Positions 1 to 12,368 of a stretch of 64,000 nucleotides of DNA are shown in pieces (within the stretch, counting starts at the first letter, position 1; every line of letters starts with the position of its first letter). The stretch is from Balamuthia mandrillaris (Eukaryota), in assembly GCA_031835245.2 (NCBI GenBank), contig JAVKOQ020000064.1, positions 124,001 to 188,000 on the forward strand, read 5' to 3'. Under the pieces are notes generated by a model. That model was not told the origin of the DNA. It ran no database searches and saw nothing but the letters and a program-made list of their open reading frames with translations. Position numbers and translations under genes: made by a program.

Positions 1-419
1 CACTGGCCGTTGTCCTCCAAATGCTGAACAACAAAGCCATAAACCTCAACGTTGCTTCGAATGGTTGCTCCCTGGAAGTCTGGCCGATGGCGACAGCCTG
101 TAGCCCGATGTTGCCGTCCACAGTGAGCACAGAGTCGGGTAGGGCGGTTTTTCTGTTCAGTGGTCTTGCAAGCAAAAAGTTACAAACCGCAGTAGCTAAT
201 TGTCTTGGTGAATCGGTAGGTTGTTATGATTGTTGTTCATCTTGGTGTGGTTCTTCGGATTGTTGTTGTGGTTGTTGTGGTTGTGGTTCCCCGAGTTGTT
301 GTGGTGGTTGTGCTTCTTCAAGTGGTTGTAGTTGCTCCACCTCTGTAAAACTTCCTTCAGTCTTGTTGTTGATGGTGGTAATAATTAGTAAAAAGAATCC
401 AAAGAGAAGGAGAAGAACA

Positions 420-467
<48 letters not shown>

Positions 468-1260
468 TACTTCACGCACCTCATAAGGACATTGTTGTTG
501 TCTCTCATGACTGCATTCACACAGATGACAAAACTCAGGGCAGTCCTCCAAGATGTGGCGGTCTCCACAACTGCAGATCTCTGCACGAAAACAGCGGTCT
601 TGGCGATGATAGCGCTTGCACCTTTGGCACCATGCTTGAGAACATTGACTACCGTGGTGTCTCTCCTTACAAATAGAGCAAGGGCCGAGTGGGCACTGGT
701 CTCGTCTGTGACCACCGCTACATTGTGAGCATGGTCGTTGTGGACAGTGGTCGCGGCGATGGTTGTATTCGCCGCATAGGGAGCAAGGCTGCAAAGGGCA
801 ACGCTCTGAGCGGTGAGGACCTTGACAATGGGAGCAAGGCCGCAAAGGGCAGTGCTGTGAGCGGTGACGGCCCTGACAATGGGAGCAAGGCCGCAAAGGG
901 CAGTGCTGTGAGCGGTGACGGCCCTGACAACGGGAGCAAGGCCGTAGAGGGCAGTCCTCAGAACGGTGGCGTTCTTGGCAGCCATTGAAAAGGTTGAAAG
1001 GTGAGTAAGTAGCTGGAAACGATTTAAAAAATCAAAACCGTACCTTCGCAATGGTTACAGTGCTGTTGCGAAGGGCATCTCTCTGTCCTGTGTGTTTCTT
1101 CACAGTGACTGCAATGGAGGCATCGTAGTTGCGGGCATCGGTCAGGGCGGTGTCCCGCCTGCTGGCAATGAGGGCATGGTCGCTCAGGGCAAGCCGCTTG
1201 CAAATGGCCAGGGTTAAACCGTCGACAGTGCCGACAAATACGCATGGTGTTGGTCGCCAT
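1..1260 (-). CDS. Multi-CCHC zinc-knuckle protein, possibly degenerate or gag-like; runs off the window start
   Basis: ATG at 1260 (MATNTMRICRHC...). A GT-AG intron at ~974-1043 joins CNHCE to ERHRSEDC. More than 10 Cx2Cx3-4Hx4C motifs follow (e.g. CSHCQGRHRSQHC, CSLCGEYNHRRDHC), then a (CT)n intron and a Q/E-rich exon with TAA at 224-226. One more knuckle (CAHCGRQHRATGC) lies downstream at ~95-135. Confidence 0.65.
780..970 (-). repeat. 51-bp coding tandem repeat, one zinc knuckle per unit
   Basis: About 3-4 near-identical copies of gggagcaaggccgcaaagggcagtgctgtgagcggtgacggccctgacaa, encoding PCSHCQGRHRSQHCPLR. Confidence 0.85.
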
Positions 1261-1654
1261 TGCTCAAGATTTTCCACTGTGTTGCGGCGGCGCTTCCTTT
1301 CGACAGCAAAGACGTTAAAAATCGTGACGACACGATTATTGTCGACATAAATAACCCTACGTGTTCGCCATGTTTGCCAGATCAGTGATACATTTTGATT
1401 TAAAAACTGGTGGATGCCAGATCGATGATACTTTTTGGCATTTTGTCTGCAAATAATCCAAAAATAAAAAGAAAGGAAAAACGAGAGAGAACAAGAAGGA
1501 AAGCTGCAAGAATTGTTTCTCATTCTTGCTTGTATTCTCCACCTACTTTTTTTGTCTTTTCTTGCGCTAACCTCACTCATTAACAGTTTTTTTTTTGCGG
1601 GGGCTCTTTTTTATTTTTTTGAAAAAGAGGAGAACAACGAACGATTGAACAAGA

Positions 1655-2782
1655 ATGCTACTTACGGCTACGTCTTCCACTTCTGCAAAAACAAAACTTT
1701 TTTCTACAGTGTCTCTTTCTACTTCTTCTTCTTCTTCTTCGTCCTCAGAGAAAGAAGCGGAGGAAGAGGAAGTCAAGGATGTTGCTGTGGAAGTGGCCGT
1801 CGCCTCGGCTGCCACCGAAGTGCTGAAGAAACCCTTTCGACCGTTCACCAACCGTCTCTTTCGTGCTACCTCCTCTCCTCCCCCTCCTCTTCTTTCGTCT
1901 TCTTCTTCTTCTTCCTCTTCCTCTTATTCAAACGAACCACAACAAGCCCTTGAAACAACAGAAGACAAAGAAGAAGAGACAGAAAAATGCGAACCGAGTA
2001 GTAATAACTCCACAACAAACTATCACGAACGGAGAGAAAGAGCCGACAGTTGGACTCCCTCCTTTGCTCCTCTTCCTCTCTCTCTTGCCTCTGCTTCTTC
2101 TGCCTCTCGTTGGACTCTCCTGCCTTCTTCTTCTGCTCACCCTCAAAAACTTTCAGCACGACCGCAACAACAAACACAAAGCCCAACGACAAGAACAAAG
2201 GCAGAAAGAAAACGAGAGAGAGAACATGAACTCAGGGAACTGTGCAGCCAAATGGACTACACGGACCTGTTGGAGGCCGTTCGTTTCCATCGCTGGCAAG
2301 TGGTTGAGGAGGTGCTGAGACAGGGAGGCAAGAAGCTGGGCAGAGACCCTACTCTCTGGCAGAACGTCTTTCGGGCATACGATGGCGAGAAGAGAAGTTA
2401 CTTTGAAGAGGAGGGAGACGGAGAAGAGAGTGATGAAGGAGAAAGTGATGGCGAAGAACAACAGCAAGCAGAAAAAGTCTTTTCTTTTGAACAGTTTGAA
2501 GAGCAGCTAAGAAAAGAGAAGAGGAGGGAGAGAAGGTATTGGAAGAAAGTGATTAAAGTGTTGATTGGATGGCGACACCCAAATGTGATATATAGATACG
2601 GCATCATGTTGCTGGATCCGGTTTTGTTGGAGTTGTTGTTGGAAAATGGCCTGGATCCTCGTAAGAGGTTGTTCTTGTTCATCAATTGTTTTGTTCTTGT
2701 TTCTGTCATTCTTCCTTCTCTTTTGCTGTTTCTCTCGTTCTCTTTATTTCTGTGTTGTTTCTTTTCCTCTCATTTCTTTCTC

Positions 2783-2824
<42 letters not shown>

Positions 2825-4460
2825 CTAGCTCACATTTTTGTTTGGCACAACAGATACGAGAAACACATGGGATGGACGTTGCTCCATCCACTCTCTCTGC
2901 TCTCTCAGAACAACCGCTTCACCGAAGTCGAACTCAGGTTCATGTTGTTGCTGTTAGAACATGGCCTCAATATAAACGCATGCGACCACCAAGGCAAAAC
3001 GTTGTTCCTACTTTTGGCGGAGAGCATCGACTCTCCCTCTCAACTGCCAAAACTCGAGACAGCTCTAAAACTTGGAAGTTTTATTAACGCTCGTGACTTT
3101 AACGGTTTGTTGTAGTTTTTCTAATCGCTTTGCTTCTTCGCTTTCAGTTTATCTCCTCTGACAATCAACCAAACAGGAAACACAGCGTTACATCTTTTAG
3201 ACGATCGGCAAGTGTTTTTGGCGGAATGGCTCATCAAACATGGCGCCAACAGAAACATTCTCAACGATGACGGACGTTCGCCAGAACGACAAGCTCTTCA
3301 TTCTCAAAACATGCGATTAGCAACGTGGTTTCATTCCACTTCTTCTCATTCTTCTCCTCAACAAAATGGAAACGAAGGAAAGAAGAATAGTAAGAAAAAC
3401 AAGAAGGCAGAGAAAAGCATAAAGCGAAAAGGAAGTGCAGAGGATTATATAATGCGGCGGCAACGCGAAGAAGAAGAACTGGAAGAAGAGAAGAAGAGGA
3501 TGAGAAAAGAAAAAGGAGAGGAGGGAGAGGAAGAAGAAATGGAACAGGAAAGACAAAGAAGACAACAGATGACTTATCAACGACAGGCACAGTTGAAGAT
3601 GGCCAACAGTGCCCTTAAATACGGTAAACGTCTCTTTTCTCTTTTCTTACTTGTCGTTCTGTTAGTTTGTTTTTACTGAACCAACATCGAAAACAGGCTT
3701 TACTCCAGAATGGGTGATAGATGAGGACTTTGAGGAATGTTGGAACTGCAGATCAGCGTTTAAATTTGTTACTCGTCGAGTAAGTTTTTTCTAGAGAATG
3801 TTTTAATTATTTTGTGGATTGCTCAACCAACCTTACCTCTTCTCTCTTTTCGTTCTTTTATTAATAGCACCATTGTCGCTTATGTGGTACGTTGAAAAGA
3901 GATGTTTGAAAGAAATGAAAGCAAAGTAAGAAGAGCGCCTCAGAGAAGCAAAGAATACTAACAGCCTTCAAATCCATGCAGGATATGTTTTCTGTCACAG
4001 CTGCACTTCCAACCAAGTCTTGGTGAAAGGGATAGCAGGCCTCTCCTCCAGCCCTTCTCGCGTTTGCGACACCTGCTTCGCTCTCTTAACTTTTTGGAAC
4101 AAGGACAAGAAGAGCGAAGCAAAGAAAGCGGAAGAAGCGGGAGAAGAGAAACCAGCAAGAAGAAACAGAACAAGAAGAAAGAGATCGCTTTCCGAGGTGG
4201 AAAAAGAGCTGAGCAGCTTCTTGGTGGAGGAAAGGGAGAGAAGAAAGGAGGAGGAGGAGAGGAGCACGAGGGAGAGGAGGGAGTGGCGGGAGCTGTTTGG
4301 CTGCGATCGCGTGGAGGAGGTGCCCTTTCGCGAGAAGCCGTTGGAGAAGTACGGCTTCTTTGCAAACTTTGCGTCGCAAGAAGACGAAGAAGAAGAAGAT
4401 GATGAAGAAGCCGACGAAGAAAAGGAACACCCAGAGAGAAGCCAAGAAGAATGCGTTTAA
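1655..4460 (+). CDS. Ankyrin-repeat and FYVE-domain protein (multi-exon)
   Basis: Ankyrin motifs: GWTLLH, LLEHGLNINACDHQGKT, INARDFNGNTALH, LIKHGANRNILNDDGRSP. The FYVE domain is split over exons at ~3697-4075: WVIDEDFEECWNC...RR|HHCRLCG|YVFCHSC...RVCDTC. Stop TAA at 4458-4460. Confidence 0.85.
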
Positions 4461-4705
4461 ACTTTTTCGTTATTTGTTGTTATTTATTGTTTATTTATCG
4501 CAACGATTGGAAATAAATCCCAAAACATTCGTATATTTCTAGAATTATCGGAGGAATAACAAAAAAGCAACGATTTATCGGCAATAATGAAGGAATGTTT
4601 GATTTTTAATTGGTCCTTTGAAACGGTTTATCGGCAATCACCAAATTTTTTTGTTCCTGTCGACCTCGAAAATCGTGTTTATCGTTAAACCAATTTTCCG
4701 CTGTG

Positions 4706-6531
4706 ATGGGTTGTTTTTGTTCGAGAGGATTGTTGCCCCCAGCAATGGCCAAAGGGGTCTCCCCTTGCATGTCCTTTCGACCCTATTCTTACGTTCTCCT
4801 CTCATCATCCAAACGTATGGTGTGTTTCTTTGTTTTTTTTTTTTTAAAAAACAAAACTCCTATTCTTCATTAATCACTTTCCTTGGACTAAAACTAACCG
4901 AAAAACAAACACAGAAAATAAACATACAAGACTGCTGGGGGGGGCGAAACAATACTTGAAGGATGATAACAGCTCAGGCATTGGTTCCCAACCACAACGA
5001 CAACAACAACAACGACCGCAAGGACTCGCACCCAAGGTCCCTTTCGGCTTTGTTTCTGGAGCAGGAAGAAGAGCTGGACTGGAGCGATGCCACAACCACC
5101 ACCAACTCGGAGGAACAGGGCCTGAGCTTCGTCTTTCACCACCTACACAAGCAAAAGCTGAAAGAGAGCGTCCTGCTCTCTGAGGTGGGGGAGAGGAGGG
5201 AAGAAAGGGGCGCAGGAGGAGGAAGAACAAGCGCTCTGCTGAAAACGATTTACGACACCGAAGAGGACCGGAAAAGCGCGACGGTGGCCACGAAGACCAA
5301 GAGGGAGAAGGGCGGGGGCTACCACCAGTGCAGCATCAGCCTGCTGGGCGCGCCCGTCAGACCCCGGCAGCTGGTTCCCGTCAAAGGTTCGCCCCGTTAT
5401 GTTTTTTCATCCGTTTTTCTTCTTCTTCTTTGCGAAAATTCCACATTCAAATAATTTTCTAATTCGAAAAAAATCTCTTCGACCCAAAAAAACAAAACAA
5501 CCTAAACACTAAAACTTTAAAAAAAATCTACAAACTAAAACCAACAAAAAAAACGAAAAAAAAAAACGAAAAAAAACACAAAACACAAAACCAAAAAATA
5601 CAATATAGTGGAGATAAGTGGGCGATCCAAGAAAGGCATCTCTCATGTAGATTTCTGGATTCGAACTACGGAAATGCCAAACTCGCCGGCTTCCTCACCA
5701 ACCTCTTCGCCACGCCTTTCATCTGCGTTGTCTTCTCCAACACGAAGAAAGAGAAGAATAGGACTGCATCACCACCACCATCACCATCGAATTGTTCGCA
5801 CCCCGGAACAACGACTGCTTTGCTCAGGCGCTAGCTCTCCCTCGTCTTCTCCCTTCCCATTAGCTCCTTACACCGACTACAGCGGCGTTGTGCTGTTCCA
5901 GATGCCCGCTTTCATTCCTGTGTCTGTAACTTCACGTCGTCATTCGAAGAATGTTCGGATTGTCAGGCATGATCAGAATTCTGACGATGTGAAAAATTTG
6001 GAGAATGCAAAGCATTACAAGAATGGAAGCGACGAATCAGAACTGCGAATCTACCATGAATTGGTGGCGACGTTTCATGTGGCGGCCGTGTCTGAGGGGA
6101 GCGCTTGGTGGCGCAGACTGTTGAAGCCGGCTGCTATCTCGCCCACCATCCGCGTGGCTCTCCCTCTGGAGGTCATAGAAGCAGCTGACGAAGAAGAAGC
6201 AACACAGCTGAAGGATGAGACAGAGGCAGAAACAGAAGTTCAAGAAATGGAAGAAAAGGAAGAGGAAGTGGAGGAGGAAGAGACAGAGGAAGAGAAAGAA
6301 GAAGACGACTGCAAAGATGATAGCATAAGAGAAGAGGAACAAAGAGACGCAGATTTGGGGGCAAATAGAAACGAAGGAAAAGATGAGGAGGCTAACAGGA
6401 ATGAAAGAGTTGCCCAAACGGAAGGAGATGGAGCAAACCAAGACCCACCAGGTGGATCAAACAGCAGGCATCATGAAGCAAACAATGCAGAAGAGGAAGA
6501 AACAGAAACGAAGCGCATAGACGATAAGTGA
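4706..6531 (+). CDS. Arrestin-C-like domain protein with acidic tail; 5' end uncertain
   Basis: Exons ~4963-5386 and ~5608-6531 give ISLLGAPVRPRQLVPVK|VEISGRSKKGISHVDFWI...FQMPAFIPVS...YHELVATFHV...IRVALPLEVI, an arrestin_C-like pattern. A possible first exon MGCFCS... starts at 4706. Confidence 0.45.
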
Positions 6532-6634
6532 AAGGGCAACTTCTTTAATCATCTCAAAGGGAATCTTTCGAGCTGCCTAACATATTCTGTTGTAATCGCT
6601 ATTTCTCTCTCATTCAGAGCTTTGGACGGCGTGT

Positions 6635-7367
<733 letters not shown>

Positions 7368-7594
7368 CTTTGTTTTAAGTTTTGTGGCTTTTTGTTTTCT
7401 TCTTCTTCGCAACAAAATAAAAAAATGAAAAAAAGTGAAAAGAAAATAAAAAGTAAAACTGACTGACGTCAACATTTATCCGTGTTTTCATCCTCTTTTC
7501 CCCGAAATTTTACATCAATTTTCGATTTTCCATTGGTCGATCAAAACAAGAGATCTAGATTCAATTTTCGTGTCGTCATGATATACTCTGCCAT

Positions 7595-7824
7595 TCAGTT
7601 TTCATCGTCGCTGCTCTCTGCTGTTTCGCTGTCGCTTTCTTCTTCTCTTTCTCCTTCTTCTTCTTCTTCTCCTACTTGAGCCAAGGGAAGGGAACGCAAC
7701 CCGTTTTTCTCCGGCGATAAGCTCTTTCTGGGTTTGTCGCTTTGCTTGAAACTGGAAGGAGATGGCCTGTTTTTTATTTGTGTGTATAATCGTTTTTGTT
7801 TCAGTTTCAAACGAGAGGAAGAGA

Positions 7825-7864
<40 letters not shown>

Positions 7865-8007
7865 TCAAAGAAAGAAGGAACAAAAACATACCGTAAACTA
7901 CCAAAGGCAGCTTTGGAGGAACCGGCTGATCCAACCAAGTTTTCCAAAATAGCTCTATCACGATCCATTCTCTCTCTTTCCTAAAGTTTAAACATGAAAC
8001 AATGAGC

Positions 8008-8052
<45 letters not shown>

Positions 8053-10273
8053 AAGAAGAAATACAAACCTTTTGCATGTGATGCTTGACCGCCTCTTTGA
8101 GCTGCTCGATCTCCTTATCCTTCTCCTCCATTCTCAACCGTAACTCCAAATTTTGTCGCTTCAGGCTCTGTTGTCTTCTCTCCTCCTCTTCTCTTTCCGC
8201 TTTCGTCTTTTTCTCCTTTTCTCCAAGTTGGTTTTGGAGGGTCGCTCGCTCCTGTTTGAGAGCTGAGAGTTTACGGCGGAGACGATCGCACTCGTTTTGC
8301 AAAGTTCTGGAATGAGATTTGGCTCTTCTGCTCTCCAGTTTGTAATGACTGGAACTCTGTTTTATTCGGTTTGTGAGCGAAAAACGAAAGAAAAAGAGAA
8401 GCAGAACAGAGCGGACGAGAGAAGAGGAATTATACTTCGATCAGTTCTTGAATGAGTTGACCACGTCGTTCGAATTGAATGAGCAGCTCTTGAACGGTCT
8501 GAAACAGAAACCTTTCGTTGAACGGGTTCTGGAGCACTAAGCGAATACAACGACTAAAGTTAGCAAGGAGAGAGAGAGAGACTGAGAGAGAGAATTTAAA
8601 AGCAAGATAAAAAGAAGAAACGAACATAGTCCAGTAGAGCCCAAAGAGGAAGAGAGCGGAAGCGTCGGAAAGGCGTTCGCCTGCAGCCGAAGATTCAGTG
8701 CAGACCAATCCATCATTCCACGAAATGGAACGTCGACAGGTTTCATAGCTTCCTGTTGATGCTTTAGCCATTTGTTGATGCTCTCTCGCTTATAGTCTTC
8801 TTCATCGTCTTCTGTTTCACTGCTTTCTTCGGTTGAAGATGAAGACAAAGTTTCTAATCTTAATTTTTGCTTTGATGGTGAGTTTTTCTTACGTTGTTGT
8901 TTCTCTTTCTTTTTCTTTCTTTCTCGTAGTTCTTTCTTTGTCTTGCTTGATTTTTCGTTGGAGAGAATAAAGTCATCCTCTTCGTCTTCCTCTGCTGTAA
9001 GGTCAAACGGTTCGTTCCATTGTTTCTTTCTTGCTTCAAACGATGTCGTCCTCTTCTTTTTCTCCTTTTTCTTCTCTGTCTTCTTGTTCTGATCCTTTTC
9101 ATCGGTCACTTTTGTTGAGCCATTTTTGAGTGGTAAAGTGGACTCGAAATAGTTCTTTGCTTCCTTCTTCTGTTTTGCCTCGCTTTTGCGCAGTGATCCA
9201 TTTTGTTCGCTTGTTGTTTTCGGAGAGACGGCAGTTCCGTTTGTTGCTGCGAAGCGATGAAGATCGTTTCTTCTCTCACTTTGAGGGATTGCCGCTTTCG
9301 CTTTCTCCTTCTCTTTCTCTTTTTCTTTCTCTGTTTCTTTGTTTACGGAGTGAAGCGAAGGGAGATAGGAAGGAACATAAGAAGAGAGCGGGGTGGATGA
9401 AGAAGACGCAGCAGTGGAATAAAGTGGATGCGCAAAAGAAGAAGAAGAAGACAGAGGTGGCGCATAAGAAGGAGAATAAGTGGACGATGATGAAGAAAGA
9501 GAAGTCGAAGAATAAGGCGGTTGAGAAGAAGGAGATGGAACGTACGAAGAAGGATAGGGAGTTGCTGAAGAAGGATATGGTGGTGGTTGAGAAGATGATG
9601 GACCATAAGAAGCAGAGGATGGAGCATATGCAAAAGAAGAAGAAGAAGTAGAAGGAGAGGATGGGGAAGCGATAGGATACAAAACGGTGGCATCCGTTCC
9701 ATTCGACAACGGCGACACAAAAGAGGAAGAGGGAGCAGGAGGAGAGAAAAGAGTGGAAGGAGTCGGAAAGGTTGGCTCGTACACTCGTGGAAGGGGCGTC
9801 GAGTACGGCGTTGCATATGGTCTTGAGGAGATCGAGGAAGAGGAAGGATAAGGGGAAGGAGAAGCAGAAGAAGAAGAAGGAGAGAACGGATTAGAGGGAG
9901 AGCGCGAAGGCTTCGCTGTGTTTTCGTTGGTTGGCGGTACTTGCGAGGGAGGCGAGTAGAGACTCGGTTGGGCAAGTGGTTGGAGACTTTCATTCACTTC
10001 TTTCTCTTTTTCTTCTTCTTCTTCCTCGTCTTCGGAGGAAGAAGAAAGTTGCAGAGAAAGGTTGTGAAAGTCATCTCGAAGCAAATCCTTAAACTCAGTC
10101 GCCGCTTTTGGTGACTTTTTTTTAAAATAAAAAGTGTTACTAACCGAAAACACAGATTGATTAACAAAGCCAAGCGCGTAAGAAGAACGAGAGCGACAAA
10201 GTACCGTTTTTAACCAGTTCTCGATGGCGGCGTCATATCCCTCCGCAGGCCACTCCACATTGGCTTGGCTCAT
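7595..10273 (-). CDS. Uncharacterised S/P-rich and coiled-coil protein (multi-exon)
   Basis: Long first exon from MSQANVEWPAEGYDAAIENWL, an S/P/Y-rich low-complexity region, a coiled-coil exon (ECDRLRRKLSALKQER...) and GT-AG introns with CT repeats. Confidence 0.55.
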
Positions 10274-10689
10274 CTCAGTCTCCTCTCGCAAGTCGGCCGC
10301 TCCTTTCTTTTTTTGCTTTGTTGTTGTGTGTTTGGCGATTTTGGCGGGAAAGTCGACAAGAACCAATTGTTCAGCTGGAGAAGAGGAGCGAGGACGTGAG
10401 ATATGTGCCTGACGTCAACAAGAGATTGAAAAATTCCCGAATGGGACATTATAAATTCACCTATTGGCTAATCTAATACGAATGTCGAAAGTTCCTATTG
10501 GATGGGCAGGCCAAAGCAAGAACAACGAGAGAGAATTGGCGAAAGAAGGGCATCTTCTTACAAATTACTCGTGGTTGGACACACCGAAGAAGAAGCGCTC
10601 TCTTTTTTATATGCGCCTTTTCCTTGGCTCCTGCAATAAAGAGTTTACACACACGCTTGTCCATCCCTCCATCCAACCAACCAACAACC

Positions 10690-11744
10690 ATGACCACCAG
10701 CGTCTTTGTCACGGGAACCACGGGCTTCATTGGAGGGGGCGTCGCCAGGGCCTTCCGCAAGGAGGGCTACCGAGTGTACGGCCTCATCCGCGGCAGCGAG
10801 CGCGTGGGCCAATTGCTCAAGGATGAGATCATCCCTGTCATTGGGTTTCGTTTTTCTCTCTCTTCTCTCTTTTTCTTTCATTTTTTTTCTAATCGATGAT
10901 TTGCTTTTTGTTTGCAGCGAGATGAGTGACGTAGAAAGCTACAAAGAGATTGTTCAAAAGTGTTCCATCATCGTGGACTGCGTGGGCGGCGTGGAGCTCA
11001 ACAAGCAGCTCTTCGAGGTCGTTGTGGCCGCCTCCCAGCCGCCCGCCTACCCCAAGACCTACCTCTACACCTCCGGCATCTTGGTCTATGGGGACTATGA
11101 CGGCGTCCTGTTGGACGAGACGAGCGAGTGCAAGGCCGAGGCCTTCGCCCCGAGGGCTGCCTTTGATCAGAGAGTGATCGGTGAAGAGAGAGTATGTTTG
11201 TTTGTGTTCTTTGTTGTTTTTGTTTTTTTTTTCCATCTTCCTAACCATGAACACGAACACGCACACGCAAAAGGTGAGAGGGATAGTGATGCGCCCAGGC
11301 TTCCTCTACGGCCATGGCGGCAGCTACACCAGCATGTTCGTCCCTCCCCAGCAGGAGGGCCACAAGCTGGTCATCAAGGGCAACCGGCACAAGCGCTGGG
11401 CCTGGGTCCACCTGGACGACCTCTGCCGGGCCTACGTCCTGGCCGCGGTGCACAGCTACAAGGCCAAGGGCCAGATCTTCAACGTGGGGGACCACAGCGC
11501 CCCCACCTTTGAGGAGCTCTACCTGGCCTTCGCCAAGGCCTACGGCTGGAAGGGCGAGGTGGAGTACCAGGCCGAGCCCGGGGACGACTTCATCGGCCGG
11601 CACTGCGAGGTCAGCTGCGTGGCGAACCCCAAGAAGCTGCAGGACTTTTTCGGATGGGCGCCCAAGCACCTGGGCTTGCTCGCCGAGGTGGACCTCTACG
11701 TGGCCGCGTTGAGGGCGCACGCTTCTTCCTCCTCGCAGAGCTGA
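10690..11744 (+). CDS. NAD-dependent epimerase/dehydratase (atypical SDR), 3 exons
   Basis: MTTSVFVTGTTGFIGGGVA Rossmann motif, YTSGILVYG, RPGFLYG, WVHLDDL, GQIFNV. Confidence 0.9.
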
Positions 11745-12368
11745 ATGAAGATCAAGCGCTCGATTTGATTTTTTATTGGGTGTTTGAATTTTGTAGATCA
11801 TAGAGAGCACAAAAGCTTCACAAAATGAGGTCCATAGCCACCTTAAAAATGAAAACGATTTAAAAATAAAATTAAAAAAAGAAAAAGAAAACAAAAAACG
11901 TAGTGAAGTGTTCTTCTCTCGCAACAACAAGATTTTTTGGATTCCAAAGAAGAAACGCCCCCACTTGAAGTCCCGCAGTTTTTTTTTTTTTTGAAAAAAC
12001 ACGCTTTGGGGGGTTTTTTTTTAAAACTGCTTCTCTATCTCTCGTTGTGTTTTCAAATCAAAAAAAAGGTGATCGATCGATTTTGTGTTTTTCCCCTTTC
12101 TCTCCTTCCCTTTTCGCTCTCTCTCTCTTTCTTCATCCGTCACACTTTGGTACTTCCCCTTTTTTTTTTTGGGTTCCATCTTTCTTACGTTGTTGTTGAA
12201 AACTTTTTTTATTTTTCATCGTCATCTCTCCTCGGCTTGTTTTCTTCTTTGCCTTTCAACCACCTTCTGACTTGCAAAACATAAACTAATGTTTTCTCTC
12301 TTCGACTTTTTTTTTCCTCCTTTTCTTTCTTTTCTTTTTGTTTTTTGGATTTTCATAAAAGAAGCAAA

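Noticed and set aside
224..226. Alternative genetic code (TAA = Gln) suggested by the stop in a Q-rich run
   Set aside because: Many well-supported genes here end in TAA or TAG (glutaredoxin, BolA, the LRR genes) and long ORFs lack internal TAA.
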